Shown in pieces: positions 41,528-54,834 of a stretch of DNA of 64,000 bases. The notes under the pieces are model-generated. The model was not told where the DNA came from. It searched no databases and worked only from the letters and a program-made list of their open reading frames with translations. How positions within the stretch are numbered: position 1 is the stretch's first letter; each line of letters starts with the position of its first letter. The DNA is from Octopus vulgaris (Eukaryota), in assembly GCA_951406725.2 (NCBI GenBank), contig OX597826.1, positions 71,052,001-71,116,000 on the forward strand. Reading direction: 5' to 3'. The translations under genes were made by a program, and so were the position numbers.

Positions 41528-42211
41528 TATATATATATGTATGTGTGTATACACATACATGCATAAGATACATACACACACATTCACTCGCACGTTCGCA
41601 TGCACACACAAAAACACAGAAACACACACACACACACACGCTCACACACACACACAGACGATAGACTGGCAGAGAATTGAAAGCGTTAGATTGAAAGTGC
41701 AGCAACGCTTGTTGCACTTCCTTTCGCAACAAATTCAAATCTCATCCGTTCGCAACGATTTCAAATACATGCATAAGATACATACATACACACATACGTA
41801 CATACATACATACATACATACATACATACATACATACATACACACATACATACATACATACATACATACATACATACATACGTACATACATACATACATA
41901 CATACATACATACATACATACATACATACATACACGCACATTTACTCGCACGTCCTCATGTACGCAAGCACACAGCCTTTTATCATTCCAAAGTCGACGT
42001 ATAGAGTGCTATCCGAATGCTAATGCTACAATTGTCCCATTTCCAGTCGCTAAAACCGCGCTGTTAGCCTGATTCAACAGCAGAGGTGCTCAGCGGTTAT
42101 CCTTGCTAACTCGCTACTATATGGGAAGATGAAACAATTGACGGAAGTTCGGCGCATGCTACCAAGTCACAGTCGATTGTGCGCGACGACAATAGCTTTT
42201 TTTTTTTTGTA

Positions 42212-42423
42212 AACTCTTTTACTCTTTTACTTGTTTCAGTCTTTTGACTGCGGCCATGCTGGAGCACCGCCTTTATTCGAACAAATCAACCCCTGGACTT
42301 ATTCTTTGTAAGCCTAGTACTTTTTCAATGGAGACTTTTTGCCGAACCGCTAAGTTACAGGGACGTAAGCACACAAACATCGGTTGTCAAGAGATGGTGG
42401 GGGGATAAACACAGACACACAAA
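42212..42423 (-). mobile_element. SINE family A, 3' half
   Basis: Match to family A. Confidence 0.85.
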
Positions 42424-42485
42424 TATATGTGTGGAATTCCTTTGAATAATATATATCCCTCTATACACAATCATATAAACCCTTT

Positions 42486-42521
<36 letters not shown>

Positions 42522-42524
<3 letters not shown>

Positions 42525-42716
42525 GCCGTGATAGATCGTTTGCCACTACACATTTTTTTCTCTCCTTGTTTCTCTCCTTGTTTTTTCTGTGTCCCTTTCT
42601 GTAGAAGAGCGTACGCTCTAAGACTTTTTCTATTCCTGAGCGTTATACTAATACATCTGTTTGTTTTGAACACCACCTGTCTTCGTCTTTCGTTTTTTTT
42701 TTTCGTAAACTCCCCA

Positions 42717-42717
<1 letters not shown>
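42522..42717 (+). mobile_element. family H1 element with decayed hammerhead
   Basis: CTGTAGA-a-GAGC gtac GCTC retained, GAAACGT lost. Confidence 0.7.
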
Positions 42718-42797
<80 letters not shown>

Positions 42798-43053
42798 GCA
42801 GGGCGCGTGCGAGAGGTGGTTGAACACGTGTCTCAATATTTGAAAATCAGGTTAAATATATTTAACATTACAGTATGGAAGAAGACAAAACACATTACTC
42901 TGAGTTACAAATAAGATCGAGTGAAAATTCATATTTAATTCGTATCGAGGCAAATGTAATCCAATTTGATACGAATTGTCTCTGGAGCTTATCTCGTGTC
43001 TAGTAATATGTTTAGACAGATTTCATATAGCATTAGTGATGTGTATGTATGTA

Positions 43054-43090
<37 letters not shown>

Positions 43091-43154
43091 ATACAGAATA
43101 AGACAGATAGGACAGACAGAGACAGAGATATACTTTTATACGTGTACATATATT

Positions 43155-43229
<75 letters not shown>

Positions 43230-43236
43230 GTATGTA

Positions 43237-43274
<38 letters not shown>

Positions 43275-43329
43275 TAAATACATACATATATGTACACACC
43301 TACATTTCTATGAATATACACATGCATAT

Positions 43330-43520
43330 ATGGGCACAGAACGTCGAAAAAACATAAACAACATGAAAAATGAGAACAGGAAAAACAAAAACATGGAAAA
43401 CGAACGTTTTTTCGAACAACGAAAGAAACAAATAGGGAAACGAGACAGGCAACATAAAGAACAATCCCCTTCATCAGTTGTCCCCTGTTTTATCTACTTC
43501 GTGTTTCGACCGATTGGAAA
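43330..43520 (-). mobile_element. pLTR-like remnant related to 199-480 and 1500-1700
   Basis: GAAAC acgaa GTA ... CTGATGAAGGGG plus T-rich tail into (TA)n. Confidence 0.55.
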
Positions 43521-43963
43521 AGGTGAAGAAAAATATAAAGGGAGGCGTTAAAAGGCGTCACTTCGCAAGAGTTCCAGCACCGCCGGAGATCGAACTCACG
43601 AGCTTGCTATTGTAAGCTCAATACTCTAACCACGAAATCACGTGCCTTGAGAAACTGGAAATATTCATAATGAAATACAAAGCGTAAATGCTTTCCAATT
43701 TATTATGAAATTACTTGGGCAATCACAATATAACGGTCTTTCAAGTTCCGTGTTTATGCTAAGCGTAACTATCAATAATCTACATCGTCAGTTCAGCTGC
43801 GTAATACAACGGCTACGGTGGAAATGAGAATGAAAGGTGCTTCTGAAAGCATCATTGCAGAGGAAACACTGTGCGCATGCGTAAAGTTGCATGTGTTTGC
43901 CTCTCATCATCGAGCCAATATTAAGACATGTAACAGCATAAAATATTAATAATGAATGCGTAA

Positions 43964-44021
<58 letters not shown>

Positions 44022-44080
44022 CACATATGCATACGCGTGAGTGTATGTGTGTATGTACACTTATGTGTAAATCCTTGTAT

Positions 44081-44158
<78 letters not shown>

Positions 44159-44166
44159 ACAGATAG

Positions 44167-44420
44167 GAGGCGCAGGAGTGGCTGTGTGGTAAGTAGCTCG
44201 CTTCCCGACCAGATGGTTTGGGGTTCAGTCCCACTGCGTGGCACCTTGGGCAAGTGTCTTCTACTATAGCCTCGGGCCGACCAAGGCCTTGTGAGTGGAT
44301 TTGGTAGACGGAAACTGAAAGAAGCCCGTCGTATATATGTATATATGTGCGTGTGTGTGTTTGTGAGTCTGTGTTTGTCCCCCTAGCATTGCTTGACAAC
44401 CGATGCTGTTGTGTTTATGT
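44167..44420 (+). mobile_element. SINE family A, 5' part
   Basis: Match to family A. Confidence 0.88.
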
Positions 44421-44526
44421 ATATATATATATATGCACATATATGTATAATATTTATATACACATATGTGTGTGTCTGTGTGTCTGTGTGTGTATACATT
44501 TATGTATGTATCTATCTATCTATATG

Positions 44527-44640
<114 letters not shown>

Positions 44641-44703
44641 TATAGGTAGATATATACATACATACATAAATGTATACACATACAAACACACACACACACT
44701 CAC

Positions 44704-44740
<37 letters not shown>

Positions 44741-45113
44741 CAACCGTTTTGGGTTTTATCGTATACACTAGACATAAATAAATAAACGTCTGAAATGTTA
44801 ATACAAATTTTTCGCGGGAAGGAAAAGGCGGGTGATTATCTGTCCAGTTTTGATTCCATTATGGACAACACGTGAGAGAGTCCACACTTGGTGCATCTTT
44901 CGTCCATGGACAAATTGTCCGCAAATTTATAATTTACACGTTTTCTTCTTTTTTTTTTTTTTGAGATCGTGTTGAAGTAGAAACACTATTGCTAAAACTT
45001 GAACTACTACAGTAGGTATATTCTATAGTACATCTATGTTATCCAAAACCACAGTGCTTAGCGCATCAATAATCAATAACAATGTCTGTTTATCTATATG
45101 TGCGCTGTATGTA

Positions 45114-45164
<51 letters not shown>

Positions 45165-45195
45165 ACATGCGCCACATAGACACATGTGCAGATGG

Positions 45196-45249
<54 letters not shown>

Positions 45250-45250
<1 letters not shown>

Positions 45251-45453
45251 ATCCAAACAAGAAAACAAAAACAAAAAAACACAATAACGCAGGGACGTGG
45301 AACAAATATAGTATTATTGGACGCTCAGGAAAGAAGGGAAGAAGGAGGATTTAACGTTTCGAGAGGAGCTTTTCGTCGGAAACATAGGAAAAGGAAAGAT
45401 CCCGAGAAGGGAAGACAGAGGAAAAAAATCGCCAACGGTACTTACGAGGTCAC

Positions 45454-45455
<2 letters not shown>
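45250..45455 (-). mobile_element. diverged H1-related element with hammerhead motif at 45349-45383
   Basis: ttt-CCGACGA-a-aagctcctctc-GAAACGTT-aaa followed by cctgagcgtccaataatac, as in H1. Confidence 0.6.
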
Positions 45456-45505
<50 letters not shown>

Positions 45506-45574
45506 ATAAAAATGGTAAGACAACAAAAGGAAGAAAGAAACCTCGATATTATGTAAATAGAGGAATATATCTGT

Positions 45575-45780
45575 ATATGTGACAATTATTCGGTAGCCAT
45601 GATAAAACTCTGAGTTTCGGATGCCGTGGTGGAAATCTACGCCGCCATCTCTTCAGTTATCCAGCCATCGGAATAGCATTTTTACGATGGCCGGATAACT
45701 GAAGAGATGGCGGCGTAGATTTCCACTACGGCATCTGAAACTCGGAGTTTTATCATGGCTACCGAATAATTGTCACATAT
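45575..45780. repeat. near-perfect fold-back with a hammerhead motif in each arm
   Basis: Minus 45601-45661 and plus 45694-45754: gataa-CTGAAGA-gatg...catc-GAAAC tc(g/a)ga GTT-ttatc; loop 45671-45684. Confidence 0.9.
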
Positions 45781-45953
45781 TACATTTACAGATATATATA
45801 TATATATATTGACATACCTCGACAAAAGAATGAAAGAGACCTCAATATCATTGGAAATAGAAGACTATATGTATTGAATGATGTAGTTATGGAAACTTAC
45901 GTTCAGAACTTGAAATGTCTGTGTCAACGATATGATAATCATTGCACTTACAA

Positions 45954-46007
45954 CAGCTGAAGATATGCGACGATTATCGCATTGATAAACAGAAACTTGA
46001 AGTCCTA
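45954..46007 (+). ncRNA. hammerhead motif with weak stem I
   Basis: ag-CTGAAGA-t atgcga cgatta tcgcat...a-GAAAC ttgaa GTC-ct. Confidence 0.65.
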
Positions 46008-46049
46008 AATATGTCTCCATACCAGTATCATTCAATGCTCAAATGTATA

Positions 46050-46275
46050 TCTATTATATACAATCCGTTCTGCCTGTCTGTGTGTGTCTTCCCACAGCAT
46101 TATCAATCGCATTCTCACCTGGAATCGATTTTTGTAATTTTTTCAAGACTTATACGCGCCCTGTTACCGTCGGTATCTACATATCAAATTTGAGCGCAAT
46201 CGGATGGAGGATGCCCGAGATCATAGAAGACACACACACACACACACACACACACAGAACGGATTTTATATAAGA
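46050..46275. mobile_element. element bounded by two inward-facing Helitron-like 5' ends
   Basis: TC...ttatata(c/a)aatccgttctg...tgtgtcttc present on both strands. Confidence 0.6.
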
Positions 46276-46838
46276 TATATATATATATACACACGTGGTG
46301 TGTGCGCGCGCGCATCATTGATAGAAGTTTTGCGCATTAATGTTATTGTTTAAAGATAGAAGTTCAACGGTAAGTATATGTTTTTAGCAGATGTAAATTC
46401 GTAGTTTCACTACGTTGTAGTTGAGCCACAAGTTTTTTTCGTACTTTGCAGCTAGAATAAAATCCGGATCTTCATAGTTCCAAAACTTTTTACCGCTGCA
46501 TTGAAGATCCCTTCCTCGTGTCCTTGACCACAGAGTAAGTAACGGTTTATAGCGATTTATAGTACTCAAATGATTGAATTTAACTTTATGCGCCGGTACA
46601 CATATGCGTGGCAGTGTAATTGTTGGGAACGCGAATTGATTAATTCATTGATTAATTAGTAGAAACACTAATTAACCCACATGACGCTAATTTTTCATAG
46701 AGGGTAAAAATATACTTGCTAAAAGCACGTGCACGTAAATTTCTTATATCTGACAAGTTATACATGCGTGTGTCTGTGTGTGTATGCATATATATGTGTG
46801 TGTGTATGAATATATAAATATATATGTATGTAAATATG

Positions 46839-46909
<71 letters not shown>

Positions 46910-47048
46910 CAATTGAGGATAAAATCTTTAAAAGAAATTATCAGTTGTTAGCGTTATGTAAAGATAAACATTCGTACATGCTACGACGAATTCTACGGTT
47001 GGCTATCGAGCTTGTAACGTTATGTTCTTTCTTATATGTCTTGAGTTT

Positions 47049-47112
47049 GTTGCACTGATGAACATGGAATGCATATTCTGCATTAATTGCGAAATCACAG
47101 GTGATATGTAAC
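47049..47112 (+). ncRNA. type I hammerhead ribozyme motif with extended stem III
   Basis: gttgca-CTGATGA-...aatgca tattc tgcatt...-GAAA tcac ag gtga TA-tgtaac; lies in a ~340-bp insert (46912-47247) bounded by attgagg/cctcaat in (TA)n. Confidence 0.8.
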
Positions 47113-47248
47113 TAAATTCTTTTTTTAACTGATTTGCTTTGAAGTTTTGCATTCGGTAAAATTTTGTTTATTTTTGTTTATTTTAGTAGTTTTGACCGCA
47201 TTGGTCCCTCTTAGCGTATGGTATCTACGAAAAGTAGTACCCTCAATA

Positions 47249-47313
<65 letters not shown>

Positions 47314-47867
47314 TAAACAAAAACGCAATAGAGTGCATTAAAACGTTCGAACAGATTGACGACAGGAAGGCGGACAAGAGAAGCAACAATTAGAAGGACA
47401 GGCAAAAAGATGGGTCATTATCGGCTTTCATTCTTCAGTCAAGTACCAGAAGCCACGACCATTTGGAGCAGTTACACTTGAGATAGTTCGATCTGGCTGC
47501 CCCTCAAAAAAGTCTAAGTTAAGAGCATTAGGTCCCTTTGTAAGAAATTCGGATATACTTATACATAGACATATACATATGTATTTATGTATGAGCTCTA
47601 GCCCAAAGTCCATGGCATTTGTGAGTCAACGACATTTTCCTCAACCTTTTCTAGGCTATTATTAGGTGGTTGTCTTTTGATGAATGAGGTGTTTGATATT
47701 GTTGCTCTAAGTTGAGAGTTTTTAGTCGTGATATACGCTCTGGATCCTGGGACTTCAAAAGATGATTCTTATAAAGAAACATACTTCCCTCCTTCATGTG
47801 GCTCCCTCTAGTTTTTTGGCAAAGTATTAAACATGTGCCCTTAAAGTTGTGACAAACATACAAATAT

Positions 47868-48374
<507 letters not shown>

Positions 48375-48468
48375 TACTTGCAAGCATGCATACATGCAAA
48401 CGAACTTTTATCGGCCTGATAGTCTTTTGTCCTCAATTGGTGCTTATCTATCTCGAATATCACTGTAC

Positions 48469-48532
<64 letters not shown>

Positions 48533-48919
48533 CTTATCACTAATTCTAATATGCTTCCATGAAGATTAAATATTTCGAAATAGGAAGGAAAAAAAAAAAG
48601 AAGAAAGTATTTGTCCCGAAATTTATCGATCGTTCTGGAATATTTCGGAAAAATCCTATTAATATTAAGATTGGTCAGAAGCTGGAGTAATGTGATGGTG
48701 GTAACGCTGGTAGAGGGAGGCGACAACGGAGACAGCGGAGGAAGTGGCGTCAGCGACGGTGACGTTAGCGACGACGGCGTTAGCGACGGCGGCAGCGACG
48801 GCGGAAGCGGCAGCGGCGGCGGCGGCGGTGGTAGCGGTGACAGCAGCAGCAGTGCCTATAGCGGTGGTGACTGTAACGGTGGTGACTGTAACGGTGGTGA
48901 CTGTAGCGGTGGTGACTGT

Positions 48920-49560
48920 ACCAAGCACCACTCCTCCGCCCCACATCACGCTACGCCGCGGCCTACTGCATCACTCCAAATCAAACCACTCTACACTGTT
49001 ACTACGCACCTCGCCGCTCCAAATCGCACGCCACACCACAGTATTACCATGCTTCCCTACTACACACCATCACACAACACTACACTCTACACTACAGCAC
49101 ATCATAACACGTCACACCACATCATATCACACCAAGCTACAACATGTACTACAATTCATATCTCTCCATCCCATATCACACCACATTACATTATCCCATA
49201 CTATACCACACAATACTCCAACTACATCACACCACATCACAGTTTACTAATCACACCACACCGTACCATGTACCACATCACACCTCACTACGGCCTACAC
49301 TGCTATACATCATTCCACATTACATATCACCAGATTATACCACACTACATCACACCCAACACAATACCATGCACTGCTCCACATCATGCCATATCATGCT
49401 CTAATATACTGCATCTCACCTGCCACTACACTACATTACACCTTACACAATACCCGTGCACTGTTCCACATCGCACAACACTGCTCCACATTCACACCAC
49501 ACCGCCCAGTGTCACGATTTGCAATACCATGCTGCCTAACGCGATGCTGTTCAACAGCGG
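48920..49560. repeat. highly degenerate pentanucleotide repeat (ACACC/ACATC/ACTAC)
   Basis: 5-nt periodicity, continuing at 49760-49890 and 50890-51015. Confidence 0.75.
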
Positions 49561-49891
49561 AACATACAATAGAACAACACACTAACAGAACCATACAGCA
49601 GCAGTTATGCTGGCGATATTCCTACTACTTGTAAGAGGTGTCAAACCGGAAGACTGAATTCCTATGGAAGGAATTAGACAAGCAGTTTAGTTAGAAATAG
49701 CAAAGTATACCTTTGAGACACAAACAGTAAATTGAAACATGAGAGTATTGTATTCGGCCATTACACTACACTATACTATACAACGTGGCACTATATTATG
49801 TACTACACAGTATAGTACGCTACACAACGGCCTATGTTAAAGTAGATTACGCTACAATATATTATACAGCTTTGCACTCTTTTATACTATA

Positions 49892-50248
49892 CTAGCACTA
49901 TGACCCGGCAACGCCGGGTCATAGTGCTAGTGCATGCATATACAGCTGCGTGCATGCGCACATACACGCGAGTACTGTCCGACCAATCACATACAGCTAG
50001 CTGGCATTCAATTGGCATGTCAAGTTTCGGGCATTTTGATTGGGTTTTGGATAGAAAATTCACAAAAAAGTCACTTCTATTGATTATTTTAATGGCTTTG
50101 CGGGGTGACTGGGGAAATGTAAATATGTGCACGACCACCCTTGGACGGTTTTGAATGACCATAGAAAGTGCGAGCCCTCAAACTGAAAAATTGTGGATTT
50201 GTATAAAGGACACACACACAGACATTTTGCCATTTATATAGAGAGAGA
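49892..50248 (-). mobile_element. non-autonomous Helitron
   Basis: A|TC start at 50248, subterminal GC hairpin, CTAG|T end at 49892. Confidence 0.8.
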
Positions 50249-50256
50249 TTACAACA

Positions 50257-50558
50257 CGAGGGGATGCTGAAAAGTTTCTGGCTTTAAGGGTCTCGCAAAA
50301 GACCTGGTTGGAGGCCCAACCTTCCGAGTTCTTTTAACAAGGCTTAGAAAAACTGAAGGACCACTGCCATAAGTGAATGAATCAGAGGGAATATATGTTG
50401 AGGAGTGGCTGTGTGGTAAGTAGCTTGCTTACCAACTACATGGTTCTGGGTTCAGTCCCACTGCGTGACACCTTCGGCAAGTGTCTCCTACTATAGCCTC
50501 GGGCCGACCAAAACCTTGTGAGTGGATTTGGTGGACGGAAATTGAAAAACACCCGTCG

Positions 50559-50608
<50 letters not shown>

Positions 50609-50891
50609 TTTGTGTGTCTGTATTTGTCCCCCCCACCTGCATCGCTTGACAACCGATGCTGGTGTGTTTACGTCCCAGTAACTTAGCGGTTCGGCAAAAG
50701 AGACCGATAGAAAAAGTACTAGGCTTACAAATAATAAGTCCAGGGTCGATTTGCTTGACTAAATGACGGTGCTCCAGCATGGCCGCAGTCAAGTGACTGA
50801 AACAAGTAAAAGAGTAAAAGAGTAAAGAGAATTAACTGATCCGGCTCTATTTTCTTTTACCCAAAGCCAGGAATTTTTCATCACCCGCCTC
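50257..50891 (+). mobile_element. mariner-derived MITE interrupted by SINE A (50401-50829)
   Basis: Both halves match 26498-26689. Confidence 0.8.
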
Positions 50892-51034
50892 TACAATACA
50901 CTGGTGAACTGTTCTAATAGATTCTACAGCATAGAACATATTACATTTGCATCACAGAATACTATATTACACTACAGTGCACTATACTATATTGCAGTAC
51001 TATATAATATATTGCTATCTTTTTTTTTTTGTTG

Positions 51035-51335
51035 CTCCCTTTTCAAGCCTAGCCAGGCTCATGGGCCCGGGCTCCCGGTTTCTGTGGTGTATGTGTGCCC
51101 CCAATTGGAAGGGACGCCAGTCCATCGCAGCGTTACTCAAGAAAGAGGAAGAAAGAGCGAGAGAAAGTTGGGGCGAAAGAGTACAACAGGGGTCGCCACC
51201 ACCCCCCTGCCGGATCCTCGTGTATCTTCAGGTGTTTTCGCTCGATAAATACAGACGACGCTCGGTCTGGGAATCGAAACCGTGATCCTCCGACCGCGAG
51301 TCCGCTGCCCTAACCATTGGGCCATTGCGCCTCCA
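51035..51335 (-). mobile_element. SINE family C with tail type 1
   Basis: tRNA-like head; ctgcgatggactggcgtccc...ccatgagcctggctaggctt tail. Confidence 0.88.
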
Positions 51336-51704
51336 CAATATATTGCTATGCGCCTAACTAATCTGAACCGCACAGCATTATATTATATACTGCTCTAGAT
51401 TCCAATAGAATAGACTACGCTGCACCATAGTGCAGTGATACGCTACATTGCTCTACATTTACACTGTGAAGGCACGTGACATAGTGGCTAGGGCGCTGCA
51501 CATACAATTGCAAAATCATGGTTTCGATTTCCGAACGGATTTCAGCCCTGTGTTCTTGAACAAAACACTTCATTACACGTTGCTCCAGTCTGCACAACAG
51601 TAAATGAGTAGACCTGCAACGGACTAGGAACATGTTCAGGGAAAAATATTGTGGTCTTGGTCACTTATATGCCATTGAAACTAAGTAATAGGCTAAGTAA
51701 TTAC

Positions 51705-52291
51705 GGCGGCGAGCTGGCTGAAACGTTAGCACGCCGGGCGAAATGTGTAGCGGTATTTCGTCTGCCGTTACGTTCTGAGTTCAAATTCCGCCGAGGTCGA
51801 TTTTGCCTTTCATCCTTTCGGGGTCGATAAATTAAGTACCAGTTACGCACTGGGGTCGATGTAATCGACTTAATACCTATGTCTGTCCTTGTTTGTCCCC
51901 TCTGTGTTTATCCCCTTGTGGGTAGTAAAGAAATAGGTATTTCGTCTGCCGTTACGTTCTGAGTTCAAATTCCACCGAGGTCGACTTAGCCTTTCATCCT
52001 TTCGGGATCGATAAATTAAGGAACAGTTACGCACTGGGGTCGATGTAATCGACTTAATACCTATGTCTGTCCTTGTTTGTCCTATCTGTGTTTAGCCCCT
52101 TGTGGGTAGTAAAGAAATAGTTATTTCGTCTGCCGCTACGTTCTGAGTTCAAATTCTGCCCAGGTCGACTTAGCCTTTCATCCTTTTGGGGTCGATTAAA
52201 TAAGTACGAGTTACGCACTGGGGTCGATATAATCGACTTAATCCGTTTGTCTGTCCTTGTTTGTCCTCTCTGTGTTTAGCCCCTTGTGGGT
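51705..52291 (+). mobile_element. SINE B head plus three tandem 184-bp units
   Basis: Units start at 51752, 51936 and 52120. Confidence 0.9.
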
Positions 52292-52420
52292 ACATACATG
52301 TATAAACATATACATATAGGCGCAGGAGTGGCTGTGTGGTAAGTAGCTTGTTTACCAACCACATGGTTCCAGGTTCAGTTCCACTGCGTGGCATCTTGGG
52401 CAAATGTTTTCTGCTGTAGC

Positions 52421-52760
52421 CCATGAGCCTGGCTAGGCTTTAAATGGGCGCATGTAGAGGCACAATGGCCCAGTGGTTAGGGCAGCGGACTCGCGGTCGT
52501 AGGATCGCAGTTTCGATTCCCAGACCGGGCGTTGTGTGAGTTTATTGAGCGAAAACACCTAAAAGTTCCACGAGGCTCCGGCAGGGAGAGGTGGCGACCC
52601 TTGTTGTACTCTTTCGCCCCAACTTTCTCTCACTCTTTCTTCCTATTTCTTGAGTAACTATGCGATAGACTGGCGTCCCGTCCAGCTGGGGGGGGGGGAC
52701 ACATACACCACATAAACTGGGAAACCGGGGCCATGTGCCTGGCTAGACTTGAAAAGGGCG
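52421..52760 (+). mobile_element. SINE family C with tail type 1, preceded by a tail remnant and a SINE A head (52318-52420)
   Basis: Reverse-complement match to 51035-51335. Confidence 0.88.
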
Positions 52761-52789
52761 ACGTTTATCGTTATATATATACATATATC

Positions 52790-52993
52790 TGTTTCTTTAT
52801 TACCCACAAGGGACAAACAAACGAATTAAGTCGATTACATCGACCCCAGTGCGTAACTGGTACTTAATTTATCGACCTCGAAAGGATGAAAGGCAAAGTC
52901 GACCTCGGCGGAATTTGAACCCAGAATGTAACGGCAGACGAAATACGGCTACGCATTTCGTCCGGCGTGCTAACGTTTCTGCCAGCTCGCCGT
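52790..52993 (-). mobile_element. SINE family B
   Basis: Match to family B. Confidence 0.85.
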
Positions 52994-53142
52994 CTTATAC
53001 ATCATCGACCTCTAGTGTCGGTTCACCGGATACATTAAATTGGACTTACAGTTTAATTTATCCAATGAACCGGTCAAGTTTCTATTATTATTTATCCCTG
53101 TTTTGGCAGGTAAACTTTAATCTGTCTCATTCTGGGAGATTG

Positions 53143-53232
<90 letters not shown>

Positions 53233-54102
53233 CTCTATCGTCGTTCTACTGAATTTTCTTCTCTTCTGCAACCTCTTAATCCTTTTGATGCCAACCGGTC
53301 TCAGACGTCCTTGGTTCTATGATACAAACTCCTAGTTTTAAAGCGATGGAAATTAAACCCTTCCAATTAATCTTTATGTTAATCTATGTTCCAAATCACC
53401 AGCTTAATATTAACAAAGTTATTTCATTTAATTCTTCGTTATTTTCAAAACCAATTGAAGCAATGATAATGAATATCGGCATAAATATGGCCATAAAAAG
53501 GGTTGAGACCACGTATCGAATGACTCGTCTCTTAACTAATTCTCATCCTTTCACTGTTGGCACCGCCTTCTGTGAAAAAAATATTTCTACTCTGGTAGCT
53601 TATTCCTGCAAACATCTGTCGTTTAGAATTCCGTTTATGATTCCTCAATAAATGCGATCTTAATTCTTGTAAATCTCACGTTGGCCATTTTATGATTCTT
53701 GGCTCAACCTCTCATTAGATTTTCTGTTTTTTTTTTTTTTCTCTTTTACAACTTCTAACATAAATGATTACATGAAGATTGGAGTATTGCCTGGTGAGGC
53801 TTGCTGCCTGGTGAGGAACGACTTTTAATTGAAAAGGAAAGAAAAAAAGGAGATCGAATAACAGTTGACTGAACCAGTTGTAATAAATTATTCTACTCTA
53901 CCACGGTGTCGAGTCCTTTTTATTCCATTCGTCAATACCAATGAACAATGTAGGTGAGCGTGTATGTGTCAAAGGGTGTGTGTGTGTGTATGTGCATGTA
54001 ATTATGTATATAATTTGTGTGTGTGTGTGTATTGTGTACATATATAAATATATACATATATATATAAATATATGTATATACATATATGATATATTATAAA
54101 TA

Positions 54103-54149
<47 letters not shown>

Positions 54150-54156
<7 letters not shown>

Positions 54157-54492
54157 TATGTATGTATATAAGTGCATGTATGTATGTATGTATGTATGCA
54201 TGTAAGCATGTATGTATGCATGTGTGCATGTATGTATGTATGTATGTATGTATGTAAGTATGTATGTATGTATGTATGTATGTATGTATGTATGTATGTA
54301 TGTATGTATGTATGTATGTATGTATATATGTATATATGTATATATGTATGTATATATGTATGTATATGTGTATGTATGTATGTATGTAAGTATGTATGTA
54401 TGTATGTATGTGTGTATGTATGTATGTAAGTATGTATGTAAGTATGTAAGTATGTATGTATGTATGTGTGTGTGTATGTATGTATGTATGTT

Positions 54493-54524
<32 letters not shown>

Positions 54525-54546
54525 TGTATGTATGTATGTATGTATG
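54150..54546. repeat. (TATG)n tract
   Basis: Direct reading. Confidence 0.95.
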
Positions 54547-54768
54547 CGAGCGAGTGCTTGCATAGGAGTGATGCTTTAGCCAGGCAACATCCGTCTCATA
54601 AATCTAGTCGATAGTGATTACAACAGCATCATCATCATCATCATCATCATCAACAACAACAACGAGCTCTCGAAAGCGGCAGCCAATCCAACAGAACAAA
54701 AAAAAAGAGACACTGACATATATGATATATACACAGACACAAACATACACGCACAAACACATCATCAT

Positions 54769-54834
<66 letters not shown>

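Noticed and set aside
47410-47447. Minus-strand CTGAAGA-at-GAAA motif
   Set aside because: No room for stem II and no stem I pairing
48611-49585. 324-aa Gly/His/Thr-rich ORF
   Set aside because: Built from GGC/GGT triplets and a C/A-rich pentamer repeat that is intrinsically stop-poor
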